A stretch of 64,000 nt of DNA from Candidatus Multivoradales bacterium (GTDB lineage: Bacteria; Acidobacteriota; Thermoanaerobaculia; Multivoradales; J023), in assembly GCA_965248925.1 (NCBI GenBank), contig CBDFLE010000006.1, positions 4,832,001 to 4,896,000 of the forward strand, written 5' to 3'. Below the pieces are notes generated by a model that saw only the letters and a program-made list of their open reading frames with translations, made no database searches and had not been told where the DNA came from. Below are positions 18,345 through 27,249 of the stretch, piece after piece. Position 1 is the stretch's first letter. Every line of letters starts with the position of its first letter. The position numbers and the translations under genes are program-made.

Positions 18345-20800
18345 CCGAGGCCAATCAGCGCCTACCGCTTCTTCGCCTGTTGATCTGTGGCATGTTCGCC
18401 AGCCCGGCCGTGGCGGTGGTCGAGGCGACGCGGGTCTGGCCGGCGAGGCGGGCCCGTTGGGCGATTCGCATCGTCACCGCGACACTGACTCTGCTGGTGG
18501 CCGCGCTGCTCTTTCTGCGGCCGATGCGCTGGCCGGTCGCCGCTGTTATCTGGGCGGCATTCTGTTTGCTTGGTTGTGGGGTGGCGCTGGTGGTGGCGTT
18601 TCGTGGCCGCTGGCCAGCGGCGGAGGCGTCCCGGGGGGGCTGGGGCCGCCAGTTTTTACAGGCCGCCGTGCCGCTGACCGTGGCGGTCATCAGTTTGCAG
18701 CTGGTCTGCTGGCTGATCGGCTGGGCGGTCATGGGCGAGTTGTTGGCGCGCTTCAGTCCGGAGCCAAAGGATCTGGGCGAATCGATGAGCAGCTTGTTCA
18801 TCGACTCGCTGTGGGCGGTGCCGGCGATGTGGATTTTTGCTGCCCTGGCTTTGCGTCGTGGGCGGCTGGATTCGGGGGTCGCGTGGCTGCGCGCGGTGGC
18901 CGCCTGGACGGTCTTTCTGGTCTTGCTCGAGCTGATCATGCTGGCGACCTTCGGGGTGTTGCGGACGCAGCTGATCGCGGTGGCGGGCTTTGACGACGGT
19001 GGTACCCAAATGTGGGTCATCAGACTGCTGCTGGGATTGAGTTCGGTGGCTTTTACTTCGCTGTTGGCTTGGGGACCGGGATCTTGGCCGCGGCGTTTGG
19101 TTGCCACAGTGGTCGCCATGCTGCTGGCGGTGTTGTCGTTGGGCATTCTCACCGGGGGCACGGGGCGGGTTCAGCTCGCCGTTGGCCGGGTGCTCGATCG
19201 GCAAGGTGAAATCGAAGCCTCCCTCACATGGTATGGACGGGCCTTGGTAGCCGGCGGCGGGGCGCCATTGCGCTCATATCTTCAGCATCGCATTGGCATT
19301 CTGCAGTACCGCCGCGGCAACCTCGAGCAGGCGGCGACCGCTTTTCGCTTGGTCAGCTCGACCCATGACGCCAACAGTACCTTGGTTCGCGAGAGTAACT
19401 ATTTTCTAGAACGTCTCGCGGTAGCCGGCAACAGTGAGGAAGCGGTCGCCGGTCGCCGGGTAGCGTTGGATGGTGTTGGCGTGACCACCCAGCGCCGTGC
19501 TGCCTATTGTGCTCCCAACACCATGGCGCTGGTGGCCAACCATTGGGGAGTTGGTTTGGATGTCGACACCATTGGCGAGCAGGTGGCGGCGATCGGCGGT
19601 GGAACCCATGCCTCGGCGATGCGTTTCTTATTCGCCGATCTGGGCTTGGAAATGTATCTCTATCCGCTGGCGTCCTTTGACGATGTGCGTTGGTTGATCG
19701 ATCATGGCTTGCCGGCTATGCTCTTCTTGCCCGGTCATGTAATGGCGGTTTATGGCTACGACGACCTGCTGGGTACTGCAGTGACTTACGACACCGCAAC
19801 CTGGGATCTGTGGGCGGAACAACCCTACCCAGACTTGCTAAGCCCTTGGTCGAATATGTTTTTCTTGCTCGGGGTGGTAGTGCCACGCGACGACTCGTCG
19901 CCGGCCGTGGTGGCAGCTCGTGATCGTTTCGGCGGTGCCCGCGCGGCGGCTGCTTGGCAGTGGTCATTGTACCGTGAAGAACCCAGCGGCACTGACCGAG
20001 AGCTGGCCTATCTAGAACGCGGGATTGTCGAGGATCCCACCTTGCTGCTCAACTCTTTCTATTTATTGGAACACACTGGCCTGACGCCGTGGATCGAGCA
20101 GCACGCGGACTACGCCGCCGTGACCGACCAGGCGCGGGCCATGCCCGATCGCCCGTTTGGCAGCAAGAGCCTGTTCTTCCGGGGCCTGGCCAGTTGGCAT
20201 TTTGATGCCGGGCGTTATCAGGATGTCTTGGCGGTAGCAGAGGATTTGCAACGCCGCGAGGGGCGGGTAGCGGAAGTCTCATCGCTTGCCGGGCGGGCGG
20301 CCGCCAAGCTCGGGCGCTGGCAGGAAACGACCTACTACTTGACAGAAGAAATCGCCAAAGTGGACGAGTATGGCGAAGAGACTCAACTCGGTCCGCGGGC
20401 CCATGCTGCTCTGGTGCGCGCTTACCATCAGCTCGGCGACCACGACCGGGTGGTTGCCGAGTTGCCCACCCTGGTATCGGCCAGCCAGGGCAAGGCGCTG
20501 ATAGAGGCGGTGAAGTTGGCGGAAACCTTGGCGGTGGATCGCAACAAAGGGTTCCTGGAAGACGTTTACTTCTACTATCTGGCCAAGCGGCCCGATGATG
20601 CCGAGCGCCAGCTCCGGTTCGCCAAGTTGATGCAGCACAGCGAGCGCAGTGTCGAGAATCGGCCCCACCGTCTGCAACTCGCTCGCCGGGCGGTGGCGTT
20701 GGCTCGTGCGCTGACCGACGATGCGGATCTGCGGCTCCGCTCCGAGTTGCTGGCGGCGGAGATCGACCAGGAACGGGCAGCCTTGCGGTTGGATCTCTAG
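18341..20800 (+). CDS. Polytopic membrane protein with TPR repeats and a C39-like (papain-fold) cysteine peptidase domain
   Basis: ATGA overlap with the upstream gene; Q-RRAAY-C-AP (Cys codon 19508), GLP...PG-H-VMAVYGYD (His 19736), TY-D (Asp 19790); TPR-like HRIGILQYRRGNLEQAATAF. Confidence 0.75.
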   Translation: MTEANQRLPLLRLLICGMFASPAVAVVEATRVWPARRARWAIRIVTATLTLLVAALLFLRPMRWPVAAVIWAAFCLLGCGVALVVAFRGRWPAAEASRGGWGRQFLQAAVPLTVAVISLQLVCWLIGWAVMGELLARFSPEPKDLGESMSSLFIDSLWAVPAMWIFAALALRRGRLDSGVAWLRAVAAWTVFLVLLELIMLATFGVLRTQLIAVAGFDDGGTQMWVIRLLLGLSSVAFTSLLAWGPGSWPRRLVATVVAMLLAVLSLGILTGGTGRVQLAVGRVLDRQGEIEASLTWYGRALVAGGGAPLRSYLQHRIGILQYRRGNLEQAATAFRLVSSTHDANSTLVRESNYFLERLAVAGNSEEAVAGRRVALDGVGVTTQRRAAYCAPNTMALVANHWGVGLDVDTIGEQVAAIGGGTHASAMRFLFADLGLEMYLYPLASFDDVRWLIDHGLPAMLFLPGHVMAVYGYDDLLGTAVTYDTATWDLWAEQPYPDLLSPWSNMFFLLGVVVPRDDSSPAVVAARDRFGGARAAAAWQWSLYREEPSGTDRELAYLERGIVEDPTLLLNSFYLLEHTGLTPWIEQHADYAAVTDQARAMPDRPFGSKSLFFRGLASWHFDAGRYQDVLAVAEDLQRREGRVAEVSSLAGRAAAKLGRWQETTYYLTEEIAKVDEYGEETQLGPRAHAALVRAYHQLGDHDRVVAELPTLVSASQGKALIEAVKLAETLAVDRNKGFLEDVYFYYLAKRPDDAERQLRFAKLMQHSERSVENRPHRLQLARRAVALARALTDDADLRLRSELLAAEIDQERAALRLDL

Positions 20801-20853
20801 GAGCCCCTATCGACCTCCGCCGAGCTGAGTAGGTCCATCAACCAGGAGAATCG

Positions 20854-23800
20854 GTGAGAATTCTACGACCGTTGACCGCATTGCTAGCCCTCATAATCTT
20901 GTCCGTGTTGGCCCCACTAGCGGCCGCGGCCGAGGAGGGCTATTACCGTTTCCCGGCGCTGCGGGGCGATACCGTGATCTTCACTGCCGAGGGAGACTTA
21001 TGGCGGGTGGCGGCCGCTGGCGGCGAAGCCCGGCGTCTGACCACCCATGCGGGCGAGGAGTCCCATGCGGCGATTTCCGCCGACGGTTCGCAAGTCGCAT
21101 TCTCGGCCCGTTACGAAGGGGGGCGGGAGGTCTATGTCATGGCCCTCGACGGTGGCTTGCCCAAGCGCCTGACCTGGCATGGTGACGACGCTCGGGTGGT
21201 TGGCTGGACGCCGGCTGGCCGAGTGCTTTATGCCACCGGCCATTTCGCCTCCCTGCCGACCATCGAGCTGGTGGAGATTGATCCGCGGAACGGTCGACGC
21301 TACCGCCTGCCCTTGGCCCAGGCCGACGAAGGGACCTACGACCCGCTCAGCGGCAGCTTGTACTTCACCCGTTTCCCCTTTCAAGGTAGCCACACCAAGC
21401 GCTACCGCGGGGGAACCGCGCAGAGCTTGTGGCGCTATGATCCAGGGGCCGAGGAGGCCCAGCCGCTGACCGCCGAACATGCCGGCACTGACCACCGGCC
21501 GCTGTGGTGGCGAGACCGCTTGCTCTTTGTCAGCGATCGCGACGGCACCCTCAATCTGTGGTCCATGGCTGGCGATGGCGGTGATCCGCGCCAACACACC
21601 CACCACGCCGACTGGGATGTGCGCTGGCCGGATCTGGATGGCGATCGGGTGATCTATCAACTCGGCGCCGACCTCTGGTTGCACGATCTGGCCAGCGGCA
21701 GTGAACGGCGACTGGAGATCCGCTTGATGTCGGATTTCGATCAGCAGCGCCAGCGCTGGATTCGTCATCCGTTGGAGTATCTGAGTGCCGCCCATTTGTC
21801 GCCCGATGGTGAGCGAGTGGTGTTGACCGCCCGAGGGCAGATTGTTGTCGTACCTCGGCGGCAGGGACGCCTGGTCGAAGTCGGTCAGTCCGGTTTAGAG
21901 CAACAGGCGGCGGTCCGCTACCGCAGTGCACGCTTCCTGGCCGCCGGCCAGTCGCTGGTTGCGCTGTCGGACGAGAGTGGTGAAGTTGAGTGGTGGCAGC
22001 TCGATGCCCGCGGTGTCGAAGCGCCGCGGCAGCTCACTCGCGACGGTCACACGCTGCGATTCGATGGTCTGCCGTCTCCGGATGGTCGGTTCTTGGCCTA
22101 CTACGACAAGAACGATGAGTTATGGCTCTTGGAACTTGCCACGGGCGATCAGAAGCGGCTCGCCAGCTCGCCTTATTTCGGTTTTGGCGACCTGGCCTTC
22201 TCAACCGATGGCAGTTGGCTGGCCTACGTCGTTCCGGCGGACAATTTCTTTACTCAGATTCGTCTCTATGAGCTTGCCACGGGCCGTGATTTGGCGCTGA
22301 CCAGCGACCGCTTCAACAGTGCCAGCCCGGCGTGGAGCCCGGACGGTCGCTGGCTCTACTTCTTTTCCGATCGTCATCTCGAATCGATCGTCCAGAGCCC
22401 CTGGGGCGCTTATGCGCCGCAACCCCACCTAGATCGCCGGACGCGGTTGTTTGCCATCTCGCTGCGGGCCCATGGGCGGCCCCCATTTGCTCCCGCCACG
22501 GAGTTGGTCAAGGAAGCGGAGGGTGAGGATCAAGAGGACGACAAGGCCAGGGCGCATCCACGGTCGGTTCCAACAGAGCCTCTGCAGATCGACCTCGAGG
22601 GTCTCGTGGGACGCCTCTGGGAGGTGCCGATCGAGCCTGGAAACTACCGCCGTTTGGCGGCCGGCGAGCGCCATCTCTACTGGCTCGCCCGTCTACCGCA
22701 GCTCAAAGACTCGACCCTCTTGGCGCTAAGACTCGGCCGCCAGGAGCTCAAACCGCGCAAGATCCTCGATCGCTTGCTCGACTATGAACTCTCGGCCGAT
22801 GGCAAACACCTACTGCTACGTCGCGAGCAGGGGCTGTGGGTCGTGCCGGCCAAGGGTAAGCCGCCAGAGAAGCTCGCCGAACACCGGCTGGCGCTCGACG
22901 ATTGGCACCTCTCGCTCGATCCGCGTCAGGAATGGCGGCAGATGTTTGTCGATGCCTGGCGGTTGATGCGCGACTATTTCTACGATCCCGGCATGCATGG
23001 GGTGGACTGGTTGGCGATGCGTGACAAGTATCTGCCCCTGGTCGATCGAGTGGCCGACCGCCGGGAGCTGAGTGCGCTGCTCGCCGAAATGGTGGGTGAG
23101 CTGTCGGCATTGCACCATTTTGTGCGCTCGGGAGATCCCCGTCAGGGTGAAGAAGAAGACATCCTACCGGCTTCCTTGGGCGCGCTGCTCGAGCCCACGG
23201 CCGAGGGACTGCAGGTGGTACAGCTCTATGACGGCGATCCAGACATGCCGGGAGAGCTCTCGCCGTTGTCGCGGCCGGGCGTCGAAGTAGGTGTCGGCGA
23301 TCTGATCGTGACCATCAATGGTGCCTCCACCATGGCGGCGACCGAGGTCGGCGAGTTGCTTCGGCGCCAAGCTGGCCGACAAGTTCTGCTCGGTGTTCGC
23401 GCGGCGCAGAACTCAGCACAAGACTCAGGGCCGCGGCAAGTGATCGTCGAGCCGCTGACACCGCGCCAAGCCTCCCGCCTACGCTACGCTCATTGGGAGT
23501 TTCAGCGCCGGCTACGGGTCGAGGACCTTGGCGATGGCAAGATCGGCTATGTCCATCTGCGGTCCATGGGTCGGCGCAGTTACAGCGAATGGGCGCGGCA
23601 CTATTTTCCGGTGGCGCAACGCCAGGGCTTGGTGATCGACCTGCGTCGCAACCGCGGTGGCAATATCGATAGCTGGATTCTCGGCAGCCTGCTGCGCCGC
23701 CCCTGGATGTGGTGGAAAGCTCGGACCGGTAAGTCGTATCCCAACATGCAATGGTCGTTCAGAGGTCACTTGGTGGTGCTGGTGGACGAGCGCACCGCTT

Positions 23801-24192
23801 CGGACGGCGAAGCCTTCGCCGACGGATTCCGCCGTCTGGGTCTCGGCTCTATCGTCGGCACACGGACTTGGGGAGGGGAAATCTGGCTCACTTCGTCCAA
23901 CCGGTTGGTCGATCGTGGCATCGCCACGGCAGCCGAATTCGGGGTCTATGGGCCAGAAGGGGAGTGGCTAATCGAAGGCCATGGTGTCGACCCTGACCTG
24001 GTGGTTGACAATCTGCCGCGCGCGACCTGGCAAGGCCAGGACGCGCAGCTCGAGGCGGCGGTCCAACACCTGCTGCGGCGGATTGCCGCGGAGCCCGCGC
24101 AGGTGCCACCGGCACCACCCTATCCGGACAAGTCTTACTCGGCCGAGGAGGGAGGCTCGCTATCGTCGCCGGTGGTGAGCAACCGGCGGTAG
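20854..24192 (+). CDS. Tricorn protease (S41 family)
   Basis: Signal peptide; beta-propeller repeats (AEGDLW, SPDG); EWRQMF.DAWR..RDYFYDP; PDZ-like region; IGYVH, D.R.N.GG, catalytic SDGE, GTRTWGG, EGHGVDPD. Confidence 0.95.
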   Translation: MRILRPLTALLALIILSVLAPLAAAAEEGYYRFPALRGDTVIFTAEGDLWRVAAAGGEARRLTTHAGEESHAAISADGSQVAFSARYEGGREVYVMALDGGLPKRLTWHGDDARVVGWTPAGRVLYATGHFASLPTIELVEIDPRNGRRYRLPLAQADEGTYDPLSGSLYFTRFPFQGSHTKRYRGGTAQSLWRYDPGAEEAQPLTAEHAGTDHRPLWWRDRLLFVSDRDGTLNLWSMAGDGGDPRQHTHHADWDVRWPDLDGDRVIYQLGADLWLHDLASGSERRLEIRLMSDFDQQRQRWIRHPLEYLSAAHLSPDGERVVLTARGQIVVVPRRQGRLVEVGQSGLEQQAAVRYRSARFLAAGQSLVALSDESGEVEWWQLDARGVEAPRQLTRDGHTLRFDGLPSPDGRFLAYYDKNDELWLLELATGDQKRLASSPYFGFGDLAFSTDGSWLAYVVPADNFFTQIRLYELATGRDLALTSDRFNSASPAWSPDGRWLYFFSDRHLESIVQSPWGAYAPQPHLDRRTRLFAISLRAHGRPPFAPATELVKEAEGEDQEDDKARAHPRSVPTEPLQIDLEGLVGRLWEVPIEPGNYRRLAAGERHLYWLARLPQLKDSTLLALRLGRQELKPRKILDRLLDYELSADGKHLLLRREQGLWVVPAKGKPPEKLAEHRLALDDWHLSLDPRQEWRQMFVDAWRLMRDYFYDPGMHGVDWLAMRDKYLPLVDRVADRRELSALLAEMVGELSALHHFVRSGDPRQGEEEDILPASLGALLEPTAEGLQVVQLYDGDPDMPGELSPLSRPGVEVGVGDLIVTINGASTMAATEVGELLRRQAGRQVLLGVRAAQNSAQDSGPRQVIVEPLTPRQASRLRYAHWEFQRRLRVEDLGDGKIGYVHLRSMGRRSYSEWARHYFPVAQRQGLVIDLRRNRGGNIDSWILGSLLRRPWMWWKARTGKSYPNMQWSFRGHLVVLVDERTASDGEAFADGFRRLGLGSIVGTRTWGGEIWLTSSNRLVDRGIATAAEFGVYGPEGEWLIEGHGVDPDLVVDNLPRATWQGQDAQLEAAVQHLLRRIAAEPAQVPPAPPYPDKSYSAEEGGSLSSPVVSNRR

Positions 24193-24617
24193 AGTTCCTC
24201 GTACTCGTCGATGCGTGAGTGCAAGCTCTCGTAGTCGGCGCGGGCTTGCTTGCGCAAGCGTCTCAGGATGGGGCGAAAGCGAGCCATCAGGGCGGGTTCG
24301 AGTTGGCCGATGGCGTCGAGCCGTTCGCCGATGCCACGGTGCAGCAGCTCCGGTTTGCCCAGCAGATCGCCGACTTTAGTGTTTGGAAAGTGCTGCTTGG
24401 AAAGGTCGAGGGTGAACTCACGACTGAGTTCCTCGATGGTGCAATCGATGCCTTCCAACAAGCATATGAACATCTTTGGCCGCGGCCAGTGCTTACCGGT
24501 CTCCCAGCCATTCCATGTGCCGTGATTGACTTTGCCGCGGTCAGCAGCCTGTTCTTGCGACATGCCTAGTCGCTCGCGTAACCGGCGGATCGTGCCTCCC
24601 AGAACCTCCTCGAACAT
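24135..24617 (-). CDS. XRE-family HTH transcriptional regulator
   Basis: GGTIRRLRERLGMSQEQAA...WETGKHWP; 58-bp tail-to-tail overlap with tricorn. Confidence 0.8.
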   Translation of the reverse strand: MFEEVLGGTIRRLRERLGMSQEQAADRGKVNHGTWNGWETGKHWPRPKMFICLLEGIDCTIEELSREFTLDLSKQHFPNTKVGDLLGKPELLHRGIGERLDAIGQLEPALMARFRPILRRLRKQARADYESLHSRIDEYEELYRRLLTTGDDSEPPSSAE

Positions 24618-24653
24618 GCGGCGATCATACGCGGGCGATAGATGTAGAACAAT

Positions 24654-24669
24654 TGTGATTTATTTCACA
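24654..24669. promoter_or_regulatory. CRP/FNR-family binding site
   Basis: Perfect TGTGA-N6-TCACA (AATTGTGATTTATTTCACATT) in an AT-rich intergenic region, ~37 bp upstream of the XRE start. Confidence 0.6.
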
Positions 24670-24728
24670 TTCTTGGATAGTGAAAACAAGAGACTTCTCT
24701 ATTTACTCAGCTTATTCTTGTTTAGAGA

Positions 24729-24795
24729 AGATTTCTATCTAAGTATTGGATGCTTTGGTAAGAGAATATTTCAAATGAATCATAGATAGAAATCT
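24729..24795. repeat. Perfect 13-bp inverted repeat
   Basis: AGATTTCTATCTA (24729-24741) and TAGATAGAAATCT (24783-24795). Confidence 0.7.
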
Positions 24796-24876
24796 CCGAT
24801 ATTCGGTCAAAGGACCTCGCTATTCAGAGAAAGAGGCGGTGCCGGTCTACCGGCAAGCTCGCTTTCTCGGCGGGGC

Positions 24877-25473
24877 TCAGCTGGTGGCCAGTCGACCGTC
24901 GAGTTCGAGCGCCTCGGCCTGGCCTTTCATCGCCTCCAGCACGTTGCCAATGTGCGGCCACAACTCCAGCTTGCCGCCCCAACAAAACTGGCTGAAGTCG
25001 GCGGTGGCCTGCTCGATCTCAGCTCGGTCGATAGCGGCGGCGAAGAGCTTGTCCTTCCAGTTGCGCTTGACGGACTTAGGCTTCATCAAGCGGATGTCCT
25101 TTTTCGGCCTTACCAGAGTGGCGGCGATCACTAGGCCGGTGATTTCGTCGCAGGCCAGCAAAGCAAAGTCCATCGGCCGCGAGCGCTCGACACCACTGCC
25201 GATGGTGTTGTGCGACAGGATTGCCTGAATGATCTCCTCGTCGACTCCGCGTTGGCGCAGCATCGGCGCACCGTCGGCGGGATGGGCTTCAAGAGTGGGG
25301 TGAAGCTCCCAGTCGAAGTCGTGCAGCAGGCCGGCCAGGCCCCAGTTGTGGGGATCCTGGTCGAGCCGTTCGGCGTACCAGCGCATCGCCGCTTCGACCG
25401 CCAGCATGTGCCGCCGAAGACCAAACTCTTGAACATGCTCACAGACAATTTTCCAGGCGGTTTCCCGTTCCAT
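24877..25473 (-). CDS. HD-domain (HDIG-type) phosphohydrolase
   Basis: H...LLHDFD...H...ILSH...ACDEITG...VRP...FAA motifs. Confidence 0.9.
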   Translation of the reverse strand: MERETAWKIVCEHVQEFGLRRHMLAVEAAMRWYAERLDQDPHNWGLAGLLHDFDWELHPTLEAHPADGAPMLRQRGVDEEIIQAILSHNTIGSGVERSRPMDFALLACDEITGLVIAATLVRPKKDIRLMKPKSVKRNWKDKLFAAAIDRAEIEQATADFSQFCWGGKLELWPHIGNVLEAMKGQAEALELDGRLATS

Positions 25474-25709
25474 GCTCTCTCCTCTAGATGTGGGTTGTCG
25501 CAGCAGGATGCATGCTACCAGTCGCCGAGCTTGGGACTCCTAGGAGCCCGGACCTGGACTCCCGGGGCGAGCAAGAAAGTCGCGGTTGCTTTCAGCGAGC
25601 GGCGAGCTGGTGATATCTTCAACGGACTATCGATAATGCGGCTGCTGTGCGGTACCGAGTTCTTCGGTGTCCGAGTGGGAAGTGAGTGCCGCGGGCACAG
25701 GAGGAGATC

Positions 25710-27203
25710 ATGAGCCGAGCGAACGAAGTTTCAACCTCAGTTTGGCAGCGCGGGTCGCTGCTTGCTGGTTGCTTGCTGCTGGCCTTGCCACTGACCCATT
25801 GCGCCACCAATCCGGCGACGGGCAAGAAGCAGCTAGCGCTGATCAGCGAGGCGCAGGAGATCGAGATCGGTCGTGGCGCGGACCAGCAGGTCGTGGCCCA
25901 ATACGGCCTCTATCCGGACCAGCAGTTGCAAGACTATGTGCAGCGTCTAGGTTCGGAATTGGCGCGCAGTTCTGAGCGACCCCATCTGCCGTGGACCTTC
26001 CGGGTGGTGGACGATCCTGTGGTCAACGCCTTTGCCCTTCCCGGTGGCTATATCTACATCACCCGCGGCATCCTCTCGCACATGAGTTCGGAGGCCGAGT
26101 TGGTAGCCGTGCTGGGGCACGAGATCGGCCACGTCACGGCTCGGCACGGAGTCAATCAGATGTCCAAGGCGCAGCTGGCGAACATCGGTCTAGGTGTCGG
26201 TATGATCTTGAGCCCCGAACTCGGCCGTTACGGCCAGGAGTTGCAGCAGGGTTTGGGCTTGATGTTCCTCAAATTCGGCCGCGATGATGAGCGCCAGGCC
26301 GACGACCTGGGATACCGCTATGCCACCGGTCGCGGCTATCCTCCTGGGGCCATGGCGGAGATGTTCTCGACCTTGAACCGGGTTGGCAACGCGGCGACCG
26401 CCAAATCCGGCTCCGGTCGCTTGCCGAATTGGTTGTCGACCCATCCCAATCCGGTCGATCGGCGGCAGCGGGTCGAGGAGCGCATGGCCGCGGCACCGCC
26501 CGAGGTGTTGGCGGCATCATGGAACCGTGCCCCCTACTTCGATCGCTTGCAGAACTTGACCTATGGCGCCAATCCTCGTGAAGGCTTCTTCCGCGACTCC
26601 CGCTTCTATCATCCGGAAATGGCTTTTCAGGTCGACCTGCCGCCGGGTTGGACAACCCAGAACAGCCGCCAAGCGGTGGTGGCGGTGAGCCCGAAAAAGG
26701 ACGCCTACTTCCAGCTCTCCCTGGCTCAGCAGAACTCCCCCGACTCGGCCTCTCAGGCATTTTTTCAACAACAAGGAGTCGAAGTGGGCAACACCTGGGT
26801 ACGCAGCCTGCGCGGTAGCGTGGCGCGCACCTTTCGCGCCCAGGTTTCGCAGACCCAGCAGCTGGATGGTGGCGTGGCCTTCGTGCCGTGGAACGATTTG
26901 GTGTTGCAGTTGCTCGGCTTCAGTCTGTCGGAGAATTGGCCCCGGGGTTACGACCGTGAAATCAGCTCCACCGTGCGCAGTTTCCGCCGGCTCACCGATC
27001 GTCGCTATCTCGAGATCCAGCCGATGCGGCTCGAAGTGATCACTCTGTCGCGGGATATGTCGCTCGAGGAATTCAACCGGCGCTATCCGTCGTCGGTGTC
27101 GATCGACAAGATCGCGCTGCTCAATCATCTCGAACCCGGCGGCACGCTGCGCCGTGGTACCCGCGCCAAGCGAGTTGTCGGCACCAACCCCGACAGCCTC
27201 TGA
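25710..27203 (+). CDS. M48-family zinc metalloprotease lipoprotein (BepA/YfgC-like) with a C-terminal LysM-like region
   Basis: AGGAGG RBS; lipoprotein CATNPATG; VNAFALPGG; HEIGH; ERQAD; STHP. Confidence 0.9.
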   Translation: MSRANEVSTSVWQRGSLLAGCLLLALPLTHCATNPATGKKQLALISEAQEIEIGRGADQQVVAQYGLYPDQQLQDYVQRLGSELARSSERPHLPWTFRVVDDPVVNAFALPGGYIYITRGILSHMSSEAELVAVLGHEIGHVTARHGVNQMSKAQLANIGLGVGMILSPELGRYGQELQQGLGLMFLKFGRDDERQADDLGYRYATGRGYPPGAMAEMFSTLNRVGNAATAKSGSGRLPNWLSTHPNPVDRRQRVEERMAAAPPEVLAASWNRAPYFDRLQNLTYGANPREGFFRDSRFYHPEMAFQVDLPPGWTTQNSRQAVVAVSPKKDAYFQLSLAQQNSPDSASQAFFQQQGVEVGNTWVRSLRGSVARTFRAQVSQTQQLDGGVAFVPWNDLVLQLLGFSLSENWPRGYDREISSTVRSFRRLTDRRYLEIQPMRLEVITLSRDMSLEEFNRRYPSSVSIDKIALLNHLEPGGTLRRGTRAKRVVGTNPDSL

Positions 27204-27249
27204 AATGCTGCTCTGAGGTCGGCGATTCAGTCCCGGGCCTTCGCCGATC

